Part shown: positions 38,284 to 50,900 of the stretch, piece by piece | Layout: the number at the start of each line of letters is the position of its first letter | Numbering within the stretch: the first letter of the stretch is position 1 | Source: Microthyrium microscopicum | Taxonomy: Eukaryota | Length of the DNA: 64,000 nt | Reading direction: 5' to 3' | NCBI GenBank assembly: GCA_010405405.1 | Contig: MU004235.1 | Span: 758,538-822,537, forward strand | Position numbers and translations under genes: made by a program | Notes under the pieces: model-generated | Database searches by the model: none | What the model was told of the DNA's origin: nothing | What the model saw: the letters and a program-made list of their open reading frames with translations, nothing else

Positions 38284-39378
38284 ATGATTGCTCTGGGACT
38301 CGAAGGCTCCGCCAACAAACTCGGCATCGGCATCATTTCCCATCCCTCTCCCACCGCTGAACCACACGTCCTCGCCAACCTACGACACACCTACAACTCG
38401 CCCCCAGGCACCGGCTTCCTACCCAAAGACACCGCACTCCACCATCGCGCCTACTTTGTCCGCCTAGTCAAGCGCGCCCTCTACCAAGCCCACCTTACCC
38501 CGGCTGATGTCGATGTCATTTGCTATACACGCGGGCCTGGCATGGGCGCCTGCCTTACCAGCGTTGCCATCGCCGCCCGCACACTGGCGGCGCTATGGGA
38601 CAAGCCGATGGTGGGTGTAAACCATTGCGTAGGCCACATTGAGATGGGACGCGCAATCACCGGCGCACAGAATCCAGTGGTGCTGTATGTCTCGGGCGGG
38701 AATACTCAAGTGATTGCATACGCAAAGCATCGGTATCGCATATTCGGCGAGGCACTAGATATCGCAGTGGGCAATTGTATTGACCGCGTGGCGCGTGCAT
38801 TGCGCATCCCCAATGATCCGGCGCCGGGATACAATGTCGAGATGATGGCGCGCAAGGCAGTCAAGAGAAGAGGGAAAGAGGGCGAGCTGGTGGAGTTACC
38901 TTATGCAGTTAAAGGGATGGATTGTTCATTCTCTGGTATACTGTCGGCAGTGGAGGCTTTGGTGGGACAGCTGGCGACTGGAGAGGATGATGAGAGAAAG
39001 GATCGATTGAAGTTCTCGGACGGTGTTTTAGTGACACCAGATGATATCTGCCATTCGTTGCAGGAGACGATTTATGCTATGCTGGTGGAAATTACGGAAC
39101 GAGCTATGGCGCATGTTGGCGCGACTGAAGTTCTTGTTGTTGGTGGTGTTGGATGTAATGAGAGGTTACAAGAGATGATGGGTATGATGGCTGTGGATCG
39201 AGGCGGAACCGTCTTCGCGACAGATGAGCGATTTTGCATTGATAACGGCATCATGATTGCCCATGCTGGACTAGTGGCTTATGAAACTGGGGTTCAAGTG
39301 AGTATTGAAGAAAGTGATTGTACACAGAGATTCCGTACAGACGAGGTTCACATTGGCTGGAGAGATAAGGACGGCTGA
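38284..39378 (+). CDS. KAE1: tRNA N6-threonylcarbamoyltransferase (KEOPS subunit)
   Basis: [47 protein letters not shown]. Confidence 0.98.
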   Translation: MIALGLEGSANKLGIGIISHPSPTAEPHVLANLRHTYNSPPGTGFLPKDTALHHRAYFVRLVKRALYQAHLTPADVDVICYTRGPGMGACLTSVAIAARTLAALWDKPMVGVNHCVGHIEMGRAITGAQNPVVLYVSGGNTQVIAYAKHRYRIFGEALDIAVGNCIDRVARALRIPNDPAPGYNVEMMARKAVKRRGKEGELVELPYAVKGMDCSFSGILSAVEALVGQLATGEDDERKDRLKFSDGVLVTPDDICHSLQETIYAMLVEITERAMAHVGATEVLVVGGVGCNERLQEMMGMMAVDRGGTVFATDERFCIDNGIMIAHAGLVAYETGVQVSIEESDCTQRFRTDEVHIGWRDKDG

Positions 39379-39406
39379 GGGATGACTGAGCTGGTGTCTT
39401 CCTTCA

Positions 39407-41222
39407 TTACTCATCTTGACTTGCACCAGCTGAAATATCAGATTTCACCTCCTTCCCATCAGCGTCATAGTCTCTGCTGCGAATATGTACACGTATATCT
39501 GTTTTGGGCAGAGCAAGGCCGGGCGCATAGTTTGACTCTGGTACCTTAAGTCCCTCAGGGTCGACAGGCTCAACAGTGTACAGCTTGAAGAAGGTTACCA
39601 GAAAGCTGGTGTACACAGTCGTAAGATATGAAGCAAGCGCAGGCATGTGAAAGTCGCCCACTAAATATTGAGTTAGTATTTCTCAGTTCCAGGCTCGGCG
39701 GGATTGAACTTACACTGTTCAATAGCAGCTTTCACCGCGTGTTCAATTACTTCTTCAGAAGTGCCACCATGTGCTGATTTGCCAGCCAGCCAAGGCGCAA
39801 CAACAATAGTGTCTCCTGGTCGCAGATGCCATCGCTGTTTGTTACTCGATAGTTGATCCATCGTGTCTCCCTTTTCTTTAGGTTCTGAGGAGATTGTGAT
39901 ATCGTCCTTGACATCAAATTCAGTCCATCCCCGTTCATACAGATCTATCGTCTCGGTAAACAAACCGTTGAGAGATTCAGCAGCGGGCAATTTGGATGAG
40001 ATTTCCACAGTAGCTGGAGGCTTGAATGCTCCAATGCCAGGTTCCTGATGTGCAGATACCAGGGTTTGCACTACTTCCTCCAGGCCTTTTGAGAACTTCC
40101 CATGTAATTTCGTGCTTGGCGTGATGATTTGTAGAATGGCCCATCCTACAATGGTATGTGGGATGATACTCATGGCCAGAAGATAAAGCATGACTGCAGC
40201 CTGCATACTCTCTGGGGCAGCACGCATACCGGGCGTTTGGAGTATGGCAATAAATGGCGAGTCGGTAGTTGGTACTTCATCGTACTCCGTCATTGTTCGT
40301 TGCTGTTCCTCTGTAGCGTAAACTGCGTCCAAGAAGGGGCCAATATGGGTACTGAGTGTCCGCAAGACAGCCGTAGATCGTGGCGAGATCAATCGCGACT
40401 TATGTAGGAGCTTGTCCAATTCTGATGGCAAGGTCAAAATAAGTGGAACGAGCTCGGGCGTCTGTTCAAATAGGCCCGAGGAGAGGAGTTGCGAAGTGGT
40501 GAAATATGTGAGAAAGGTCTGAACGATTGCCATAAGCCCCGTCTCGGTAGTTTCCATGTCTTCCAAGAGCCATGTCCCACTCACACGCTCCCATTGATGC
40601 TGATCGATAGGACTGGTTGAAAAGGATATCATATCTGGCATCTGCCTCTCGAGTGACTTGATGGCGTCTGTTTCCAGCTTCTTACCAAATTCCTGGTCGA
40701 TGCTTTGAATGTTGTCTCGAAACTCAGGCCACATGTCCATAAACTTGGTAGAGTATCGTAAAGGCATTCCAAACCCACTTTGTAGGAGTCGTAACGTAGG
40801 CTCCGCCTTATCCAGTTTTGATGCGTTATCAGATGAAAGCACATCTTTACTTAGTGTGGATCCGTAGATATAGATCTTCGTTCGAGATCCCTGTTTGACA
40901 GAAAACAAGCCTTGTGGGTATTCATCCCTAGATGCAATGTTAGTGATGCAATTGAAAGCGGACGCTGCAATCACTTTTTCTGGCTAAGAAATCTCTCCGA
41001 ACCGAGCCAGAATGAAGGCAGGCTGCCGAACAATGGGACCCAATATGGAACCTGCGGTGGCCTCTGTCCTTTTTCGGATGCTTCCTTTTCGGCGTACGCT
41101 TGAAATGCGGTGATGATTCGAGTCGATAACACAAACGCTGTGATGAATGCTGCAAGAATTGCAGTTGTTACGTTAATACTGCTTAGCCATGCTGGAAGCT
41201 CTATCGAAGTCGTCTCAGGCAT
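39407..41222 (-). CDS. Divergent cytochrome P450-like protein lacking the heme-binding motif
   Basis: N-terminal TM helix then PPQVPYWVPLFG hinge; I-helix-like IPHTIVGWAILQI; K-helix ETIDLY; LRPGDTIVV; two introns. Confidence 0.7.
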
Positions 41223-41669
41223 AACTGATGTGGCAGCAAGAAAGCTGGATATCAAGGAAGATGGTGGACAACAGCGCTTTTAGGTTGGAGAAGGACTCGA
41301 TAGTCGCATAAAGTTGCTCTACATCAATCAGGACGTGGTCTATATTTAGAACAGGCTACGTCGTCAGAAAATGGTATCAACTGCTCTAAATTCATCAAAA
41401 CATGTGTCAAAGGAGTGGATAAGAGGCCCTGATCAGACTCTTGGGCTGCAGAATGAGTATTTGGGATAAAGAGATGAGAAAGGAGTGGAGAGAGGTTGAT
41501 TTGGGTGTCGTGGTGAAGCTCGACCTTGTTTGGAACAAGACCCTGCACAAAATCTCCTTCAAATGTTGAGCCTCATCTCGTGCTCTCACTCCTTTTGACT
41601 CATCCATTTCCATCCACCATTTGCGAAAGTGCCCTTATTTCGGGTCGGACCGTCCATTATTCTCTTGCA

Positions 41670-42437
41670 ATGGCTCCTAAAAAGCTTATGTTCGTCACTG
41701 GAAACGTCAACAAGCTGGCGGAAGTCCGCGAAATACTTGGAGATGTGATTGAGGTAGAAAATCGCAACGTCGATCTTGACGAACTTCAGGGGACTATAGA
41801 ACAAATTACAAAAGACAAGTGCAAACGGGCGGCAGAAATAGTACGTCTTGATCTTTGCTTGTGGGTTCTTGGCCAATCTAATCATACATACTCTACGCCA
41901 GCTTAAAGGACCGGTGCTTGTAGAGGATACTTGTCTAGCTTTCAAAGCCATGGGCGAACTCCCAGGACCATACATGTCAGTTAAACCCGATTAACATTTC
42001 TTCCATTCATTAACTTAGACTCAGTAAATGGTTTCTCAAAGAATTGGGTCCTGATAATCTTCACAAGATGCTTGCTGGCTTTGATGACAAGTCCGCCGAA
42101 GCTATATGCACATTTGGCTACTCAGAAGGACCTGGACATGAGCCCATAATATTCCAAGGACGAACAGAGGCGAGAAATGGAAGACTTTTGACAGAATAAA
42201 ATGGTCTAACTGACATTGCAGGGCAAGCTTGTCCCCGCTCGTGGCCCTCCAACATTTGGTGAGAAGCTTTGAATGTCTATCTACCGGGCACTAATTCATT
42301 TTCTAGGTTGGGATCCTGCATTTGAGGTTAACGGTACTACCTATGCTGAGATGGACAAGGAAGAGAAAAATAAGATTTCTCATCGGTCAAGAGCGCTCGC
42401 GAAGTTGTCAAATTGGCTTGAAGAGCATACAGCCTGA
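41670..42437 (+). CDS. HAM1: Inosine triphosphate pyrophosphatase
   Basis: [31 protein letters not shown]. Confidence 0.96.
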
Positions 42438-44255
42438 CTTACCTGACAGCCCCATCATCAACATTGGACTCCACAGTATCGAATCAATGGTTCTACACTT
42501 GAAGTCACGAAGTTCATGTCAGACACATGAACAGAATGACTAATGGGAGCTTGACTGACGTATCAAGGTGTCAGATAGCAAGTGGTTTTCAAGACTGAGA
42601 CCCCTGATGCCGAATCGAATGGACACCTTGAAAGATTTGCAATATTTCCCTTCGTGTTGCTAGCACGAGAGACGAAAGATTACCGGTATCTCAGGGGTAA
42701 ATCAACGAGCCATTGTGGGCCGCTCTCATCAACTACGATATCTGCCATAGCACTGCTTAAGATAAGAACACTCCGGTTCCCTGGGAAGCGCATCATATCA
42801 TCGCGAGCTATCGAATGCGTCGGAATCTGAGATTTCAATTCTTCAGATGTCATGGCAAACATGGTAGTCGATAAGCATGTCGTCAAACGGGTTGAAATAT
42901 CTTTCGCGCCAGAGAGATGTACTTGTGTTTCTAGGTTGCGGCACCTCTTATCTCACGCCTCTATTCCTACAGTCACAGCGTCTTCCCTGCTGGTAAGCGG
43001 CTTGTTTGAGCTTGATAGGCCTCTGTATTGCGCTATACCGCTTTACACCAGTCTACTCTACATACAACTTACCCGATCCGACAAACAACCGCCTCACACT
43101 AATAGACGCAACATCATGTCTCCTCGCAGCATTTAATCGGCTCTTTCAACTCTGCTATAGCATTTGAGAATACCTCCGTTCTCAAAAAAGTCAACATAGC
43201 TCGGGTTCTGCATCAAACCACCTGACAACAACTCCCCCGTACATCGGACGCAGATCGCCAAATTTCCAACGGCTAACACTTCCCAATCTGCGTTGGCCAC
43301 CAAAGTCAACCACTGGTACTACTGTTCGCCATCGAAAATATCAGCATGTAACTTCAAGTTTACCGTCAGGGAATCCATGGTAGTACCTGTGGACCATTAC
43401 CTATCCTAGTACTTACGCCAGCTTTAAGCTTAACTTGCTCCTATTGCCGAATAATTCCCTAAGCTTGTGTTCCTCAAGCATGCTTAGCTCCATATTCATG
43501 GAGCACTCGTGTTTTTGCCAGTCGAGTTCCGTCAAAGGCCGTTCACGGTTCAAGGCGATTCAGTCCCGAAACATGTCTTCCTTACTAGCTACGGAAACAA
43601 GTTCCGTTTTTAGGTTTGAGTGATATCACGTTAAACTCTCCATGGCATCGTCCCCGCATGGTGGGATCGCCTCTGAGGTAGAATCAACCTGTTGCTGATT
43701 GGACCCTACTCTGGTCACAAGTATCTCCACTTAAGACTGCTAACATTGGGCTTCCAATTGCAAAGCTACCAAATATCCTTCACTGGTTGGAAGCACCATG
43801 CGATGGAAATGCTACTTAATAGTAACCTCCTGATCTCCTCGATCGATTATCCTTCCCACCACAAGCAACAAACTTCTCTTTGACCGGCTATTTTGGGTTT
43901 TTTTGATGCTTGCCGCCTCTGTTCGTTCATCATCAAGTACTTTTAGCACAAGTATCTGCATTTTCGGTCCTGTCTGCCCTCTTACCAGCACGCCCATAAT
44001 TCTTAGTGCTATCCCGCGTCTTCTCCCAACTCAATCATTGTTGCATATGCTCTTAACCAACCATCCGTTGCACACGTCCGCTTAATCTGCATTGCAAAAA
44101 TTTTCATAGCAGGTTCGTGGCAAGCTGCATATTCGCCTGCATAGGGTTGGATGTTATAGTGCGCGTGTCATATCCTGCATTGAGGTACTTCTGAGTGGCA
44201 TCAACTCAACACCATTCTCTGTTGTATCTCTCGGAATCCGAATTGACCCGCGAAC

Positions 44256-46313
44256 ATGAGTCCAGCTGCATTCGAAGATGGTCCTTCCAAACCGCTCTAC
44301 GCTAACCACAAAACCCTCCCTGAAGGAGCTTTGAATGAAGATGGCAAGCCAGCCTTGAATCGATATTCATCAGCCATTACGAGAGGTCATGATTACCCTG
44401 GAGCACAGGTACGTACCTTCATTGAGCCACTCACAATTCGTTCCAATAGTAATGATTATCAAAGGCTATGCTATACGCTGCAGGAGTACCTGACAAACAT
44501 TCCATGAAAAATGCACCTCATGTTGGAATTGCATCTGTCTGGTGGGAGGGAAATCCGTGCAAGTAAGAATTATATTGGGCCAAGATGAAGAGATTTTATA
44601 TCAACTAACATATCTATAGCATGCATTGTATGTTTAATTCCCACTCGAGTACTACTGCTTATATTTGCATTGCTAGTTTGATATTTGCTACTTTTTCATT
44701 GACAACTCCTAGTACTCGACTTGGCCAAAATCACAAAGGATGCTGTCAAGAAAAAGGGAATGCTAGGATGGCAATACAACACTGTTGGTGTGTCCGATGC
44801 AATCACAATGGGAAACGAGGGTAACCACAAATCGAACACAGTTTTGGATCTATACTTACACTCGTCAGGAATGCGTTATTCTCTCCAGACTCGAGAAATC
44901 ATTGCCGATAGTATTGAGACTGTCACTTGTGCCCAGGGCCACGATGCTTGCATTGCACTACCAGGCTGCGACAAGAATATGCCTGGAGCGATTATGGCAT
45001 TTGCAAGACATAATCGGCCATCTATCATGATATATGGCGGCACAATAAAACCGGGTTACAGCAAAACCTTACGCAAACCAATCAACATCAGCACATGCTA
45101 CGAGGCACATGGCGCATGGGTTTACAACACTCTCAGTAGTTCTCATGATCCTTCTGTGACGAAAGATGATATCATTGAAGACATCGAAAAGAACGCATGC
45201 CCCGGACCTGGTGCCTGTGGAGGTATGTATACTGCAAACACCATGTCAATTGCTATTGAAGCCATGGGGTTCTCACTGCCCGGTTCTTCAAGTACGCCAG
45301 CCGTCGAGCCCGCCAAAGCTCGAGAGTGCGCAAAGGCTGCAGACTATATTCAAATATGCATGGAAAAGAACATCAGACCTCGCGACCTTCTTACCAAGCG
45401 AAGTTTCCACAATGCTATGGTCATGATGATGGCCCTGGGCGGCTCCACCAACGGTGTTCTCCACCTACTCGCCATGGCCGGCACTGCAGAAGTAGACTTG
45501 ACGTTGGACGACTTCCAGCGGGTCAGCGATAAGATCCCGTTCATTGCAGACCTAGCTCCCTCGGGCAAGTACTACATTGCCGATCTGTACGACATTGGTG
45601 GCACGCCCTCCGTGATGAAACTGTTGGTTGCCGCTGGCCTACTCGACGGTGACATTCCAACCGTCACTGGCAAAACACTCGCCGAAAACATCGCCTCTTA
45701 CCCCTCTCTACCACAAGACCAGACTATCATTCGCCCCCTTAATAACCCCATCAAGGCCACAGGTCATATTGAGATCTTACGCGGTAATCTCGCGCCAGGT
45801 GGTGCAGTCGCCAAAATCACTGGCAAAGAGGGCATGCGATTCACAGGCAAGGCTCTTGTCTTCAATAAGGAAGCTGAATTGGATGCTGCACTCAATCGCG
45901 GTGCCATTCCATATGGCGAGCAGCTCGTGCTAGTTGTGCGCTACGAAGGGCCCAAAGGCGGACCCGGCATGCCGGAACAGCTCAAGGCGAGTGCAGCACT
46001 AATGGGTGCAAAGCTGAACAACGTAGCGCTGATCACAGACGGGCGTTACAGCGGGGCGAGCCATGGATTCATTGTTGGACATATCGTGCCTGAGGCGGCG
46101 ACTGGTGGGCCAATAGCGCTGGTGCAGAACGGAGATACCATAACCATTGATGCCGAAAAGAATGAGATTAGTGTCAATGTCTCTGATGAGGACATGGAGC
46201 TTCGCCGGGCACAGTGGAAGCCGCCTAAGCCAGTGGTTACAAGAGGAACTTTGGCTAAATATGCAGCGTTGGTTGGCGACGCGAGCCATGGAGCGATGAC
46301 GGATTTGTTTTGA
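44256..46313 (+). CDS. ILV3: Dihydroxy-acid dehydratase (IlvD family)
   Basis: GNPCNMHL, GCDKNMPG, CGGMYTANTM, GGSTN, GPKGGPGMPE, TDGRYSG; four introns. Confidence 0.95.
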
Positions 46314-47930
46314 GATTTTAGGTGGAGCCAATGTGTCAGAATATGTAACGTCGTTACTCGGATGGGTTGGAATAGAATGTATTGTAAAAGGATGGATATA
46401 GGGACATGTACTTACTAACCTTTGCGACCTTACAGTCTGATACATCCATTGAAATACTTCAATATGCCTCGTGAGCAAGCCAAATGATGGCTAGAACTGT
46501 ACGACCGCAAAGGCCGCCATCAAGTACTAAGGTTCGGATCGGCCGCTGACCTTCATATATTCGTATCTACCTACCTCTCAGGTAGGTGCCGAAGTACTGG
46601 AAGAGAGCTCGTGCATTATGCACCCGCGAGACTGGCTGGCTGCAAAACTCACTTGAGAATGATGAGAATACTTTGAAATATCTTGACCTGCTGATGGAGT
46701 TCCGATAAAGAAAGCGAGAGACAATGCAGGTAGGATGGTCTACAACCAAGCTCTCTTGCTGGTTCTTAAGGTCTTGAAAACTCGAAGTGTAATTGAGGCC
46801 AAGAGCAAGCGCCGCTCTGCGTCCCATGCTCCATTGAACTGATGGCGCATTGCGCATGTTGCCGATTCACGCGCAACTTTTCCTTCGAATGTCAAAGCAA
46901 CAACATCCGCAACTTCCAAGATTGCTCAAGTACAATTCAGAAGCTTTCAGCAAACCCATCACGAGCTACCGTCGCATCTAAATCGTCAACGCCTCCTCTG
47001 TTTCTCACCCTACTAAGACAATGCCACCGATACCAATACATACTGATAGAGGCGGAGATACCATGCTGACAGGAGGGCTGGAAGTCAAGAGTGAGTTGAA
47101 GTCAGGATAAATCTCGAACAACGACGCTCGAGCTTGATCTGGTTTAGCGAAGGAATGGTGTATGTGGGAAAAGATCTAGCTGGAAGCTCATAGGGAAAAT
47201 TTGTCAATGACACACTGCCCTTTCAAAAGCGCAAGATTTTTGCTCGTTGGTGCAATTTGGACTACTCTACTGGAAGAACATTGAATAATCCGGCTGCCTG
47301 TGTCTTCCAAATTTTCCGGTCAGCCTTGTCAGCATCCAAAGACATATTTCCCAGGGCTCAATGATGTGAGTTGGGAAGCCAAAAGGGTGGGCAAATAAAT
47401 GGCACGCTCCCATCAGCCTCGTTGGCTTCCGGACGCTACACTCTTCTTTCGAATGCTTTATTTGCCATGAAGGATGTTCAGATTCGAATGATTCATCGAA
47501 TACAATGGGAAATCCAGCACCTTTTGCTTAAGAGCGTTGGTGGCAGCCATCAGAGTTGATGGGAGCTCGCCACTTATTTTGTCTATCGGTCGGCATGCCA
47601 AAAGCAGACAATCTGTAAGTAGCAAACATTGAGCTTGCCATAATATTTGCTATACCGTATACTGCTGAAAGGTAAGAGGTAACAGCATCAAAGAACAGCA
47701 AAGACAGGTTCCAAGGTTGTATTTATTTACTATTTCCTCTTAGAACTAAACCGGTCCAATGCTCCTTCTGTAAAACACAGTCGAGATTGCTATTTGGGGA
47801 TAGCTTACAGCTCACAGCTCTTTCCAGTCCACCACACATTTGCAAGGTCCCGCCAACCAAATCCTCAAATCCTCTCCTCGAGCTTCCATGTTTTTCTTCC
47901 TCCACAACTCACTCCATCAAGATCAGCATC

Positions 47931-50900
47931 ATGTCCATCCAAGCATGGTACTCGAAGCTGTTCTCCCTGAAGGTTGACCTTGTCGGCGACTACGCAGGAA
48001 GCGAATTCTTCCTTCTCAATGGAGATTCCTTACTTCTCCATGTCTTCGAAAATGAGTACCTGAATTTTGATGACGGACTCCAACTTCTACATGCCTCCTT
48101 TCTTGCTGAGCGTTTCCTTCACTCTTTGAAAACTCGTAATTGCAATTTTGGCGTTGTGTTCTTTGATTCTTTAGCCAACGCATGCATCCCAGCCTACACC
48201 GAACTCTCAGCCCACTCAAAATACCTCTTTGCGAGAGAGGCCATCATCCAGCATTTCGAACATGCCTTGAGCACCACGCACAACATTCCCTTGCGCCGTT
48301 TCACCTCTCCCTGGGATCCCGAATTTTCAGAGTATCTGAGTTTAACTGGTGCCTACTTTTGGATGGTAATATTTCCCCGTGTCAAATCACATTTCTTGAC
48401 GACATCCGTTGGAACCAAAACATCATATCTCCCATCATACTCGATGGTTACCATAGAATGCGTTCTTGATCCAGTGCTATGGAATGCACCGAATACGATG
48501 GGTGTTCTGTGGTTTCACCACGAATATACCATTTGGTCTTTTCGTGGTCTTCGCTCTAATCGTAATCTATACTAACAAATTCCAGGCCCATGATGGAGCT
48601 CTCAACGCCAAAGCAGTCATTGACACAGATGCCAACCCCAAGCTCCAGGAACATCATGTTGAATCCCAAACTATTCTCCGGAAAACAATACATCATCTTC
48701 TCTGCGTTGGTATCAATACGGCACTACTAAACGACCTGGAATTCCGAGATACCAAGATCATGGCTCGGGTCGTCGAGGCCAACAAACGATCAGACGAGAT
48801 TGATGATGAGCCCAGACACAATTCAAGCAATCTGATGACCACAATCGAACTGCCAGACGATCTAGAGGAGTTCAATGAAGCTCTCATCGAGCTAAGCAAG
48901 AAGCTGTCACCTCGTGAAGTTCTCATAATCATGGCTTTGGTGTGCATGGTCAAAACCGGGGCGTTGAAAAAGACACCTGATAATGTCACTCGCATCAAAG
49001 CAACCATTCTTCATTTGACGCTGGTTAAGCATCTCAAGCTCGAAGATCGAGCGGTACGTCAAGCCAAGCATGATTTGGAAGATAACAAATTCCTCAGCCT
49101 GTTGGCTGAAGCTGCGCTTGATGTCTTGAAATCTGATGGCTGGACTACTACGATGGGTGTATCGACGCTTGAGGAATTCGATCTGGCAGATTGCATTGAT
49201 GGCCGAGTCCTCCTAGCAACGATAACAAATTTCACAGTATCTAAGCTTGCATTCGATGACTCAATCAAGGAGGATTTTGCCGCTCTTCTCGCCGCCTTTC
49301 AGGAAGCATGTGGCATCGAGATCACGGTCGATATTAAGTCTTCAGGCATGGCCAACGGAGGTATCTCACAAAAACCGCACGCTTCGCTAGCCAAAGTATC
49401 TGTTTTGCCGTTTGATAACCCTGTGTTTGATAAGCATCTGAAAGATATCCATATCAAGGTGAAGAAAGCAGACACGGCGGACAAGAACAGTACTCGAATC
49501 TTCCAAGAGCTATCTCATTGGCATAATCACAAGCGCTTGCTGGCACCAAAGGCAATTCCAGTGGTAGATCCCAAAACAGCTCGGCGCCTCGAACGTCGAA
49601 CCAATTTTCTCATGGCAGACATGCGCGATTATGCTGTGAGCCTGACAAACGCGGCTGGTGGAATTCTTGAACCAGAGACCATCTTATCGCAGGGCACGGC
49701 AAAAGAAACACCGAAACCTACCAAATCTAAGCAGCAGCAAAATAGCAAGTCTGGAAAGTCCGCAATGAGAACGGAATTGGACACACGCCGACAGAAGCAG
49801 CTGGAAAAGTCTCATGTGGAATGGATAGCAGCCTGGAAGACCAAACTTCAATCGATAGAGATTGTGGATGATCAGCTACAGAGATATTTTTTAGCCAAGG
49901 AAGCCTTGTCCCAACTGAAGAACGATAGACGAAGTGTTGTAGAACCAGAGATCTACTGTTATATGCTTCATTGCGCAGCTACGGCCTGGAAGTTAGCTGC
50001 TCTTAAGAGTGCTCGAGCAGAGTCGCCTGACATTGCGGTGCTGATCTGGTCCATCTCATTGAAGCTGGCTGCACTCGCCGAAGGAGTTTCTACTGCCATT
50101 GCAAAATGCCTTCAAATAACCTTGGAAGCCCTTCATTTGCCAAAGTTACCCCTTTCAACTACTAGCGATCGCAAACTCTCCTTCAAGTTTGTTGAGCTTT
50201 CTCCAACAGCAGAGCTTGCAATCCCCAACCAATCTTCGACACTCGACTTTCAATTGAAATTTGCAGGGCCATACATGGATCGCAACATTGATTCTGAGCC
50301 GGATGCCCGTGTCACTGGCTTTCGTCCTGATAAATGGCAGCGACGGGTCCTGGATTTGATCGACGAGCACAAGAGTTTATTCGTCGTTGCGCCTACCAGT
50401 GCTGGTAAAACATTCATATCTTTCTACGCTATGAAGCAAATTCTTCAAGAAGATGATAACGGTGTTATTGTTTATGTGGCGCCAACAAAGGCCTTGGTCA
50501 ATCAAATTGCAGCTGAAGTAGCGGCCCGATTCTCGAAAACCTTCAAGCATGGAGGCAAATCAGTATGGGGCATACACACACGAGACTACCGCATCAACAA
50601 CCCTACAGGGTGTCAGGTCCTGGTTACGGTTCCCGCAGTTCTCCAAATTCTACTCATGGCGCCGTCAAACGCCAAAAAGTGGTCTACTCGTATCAAGCGG
50701 ATCATTTTCGATGAAGTCCATTGCATTGGACAAGCAGATGATGGTGTGGTATGGGAGCAACTTTTGCTAATGGCTCCATGTCCTATCATCGCGCTTTCTG
50801 CTACTGTTGGTAACCCGTTGGCATTTTGCGATTGGCTTCGCAACACACAGCAAGCCAATGGTATGGAACTGGAGATGGTACAGCACAAGGCTCGCTACTC

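Noticed and set aside
42580..44050. Fragmentary minus-strand frames with splice-like signals
   Set aside because: Interrupted by stops and no recognisable motif; a pseudogene call cannot be supported.
46850..47600. Possible small spliced gene between ILV3 and the helicase
   Set aside because: Could not assemble a convincing model.
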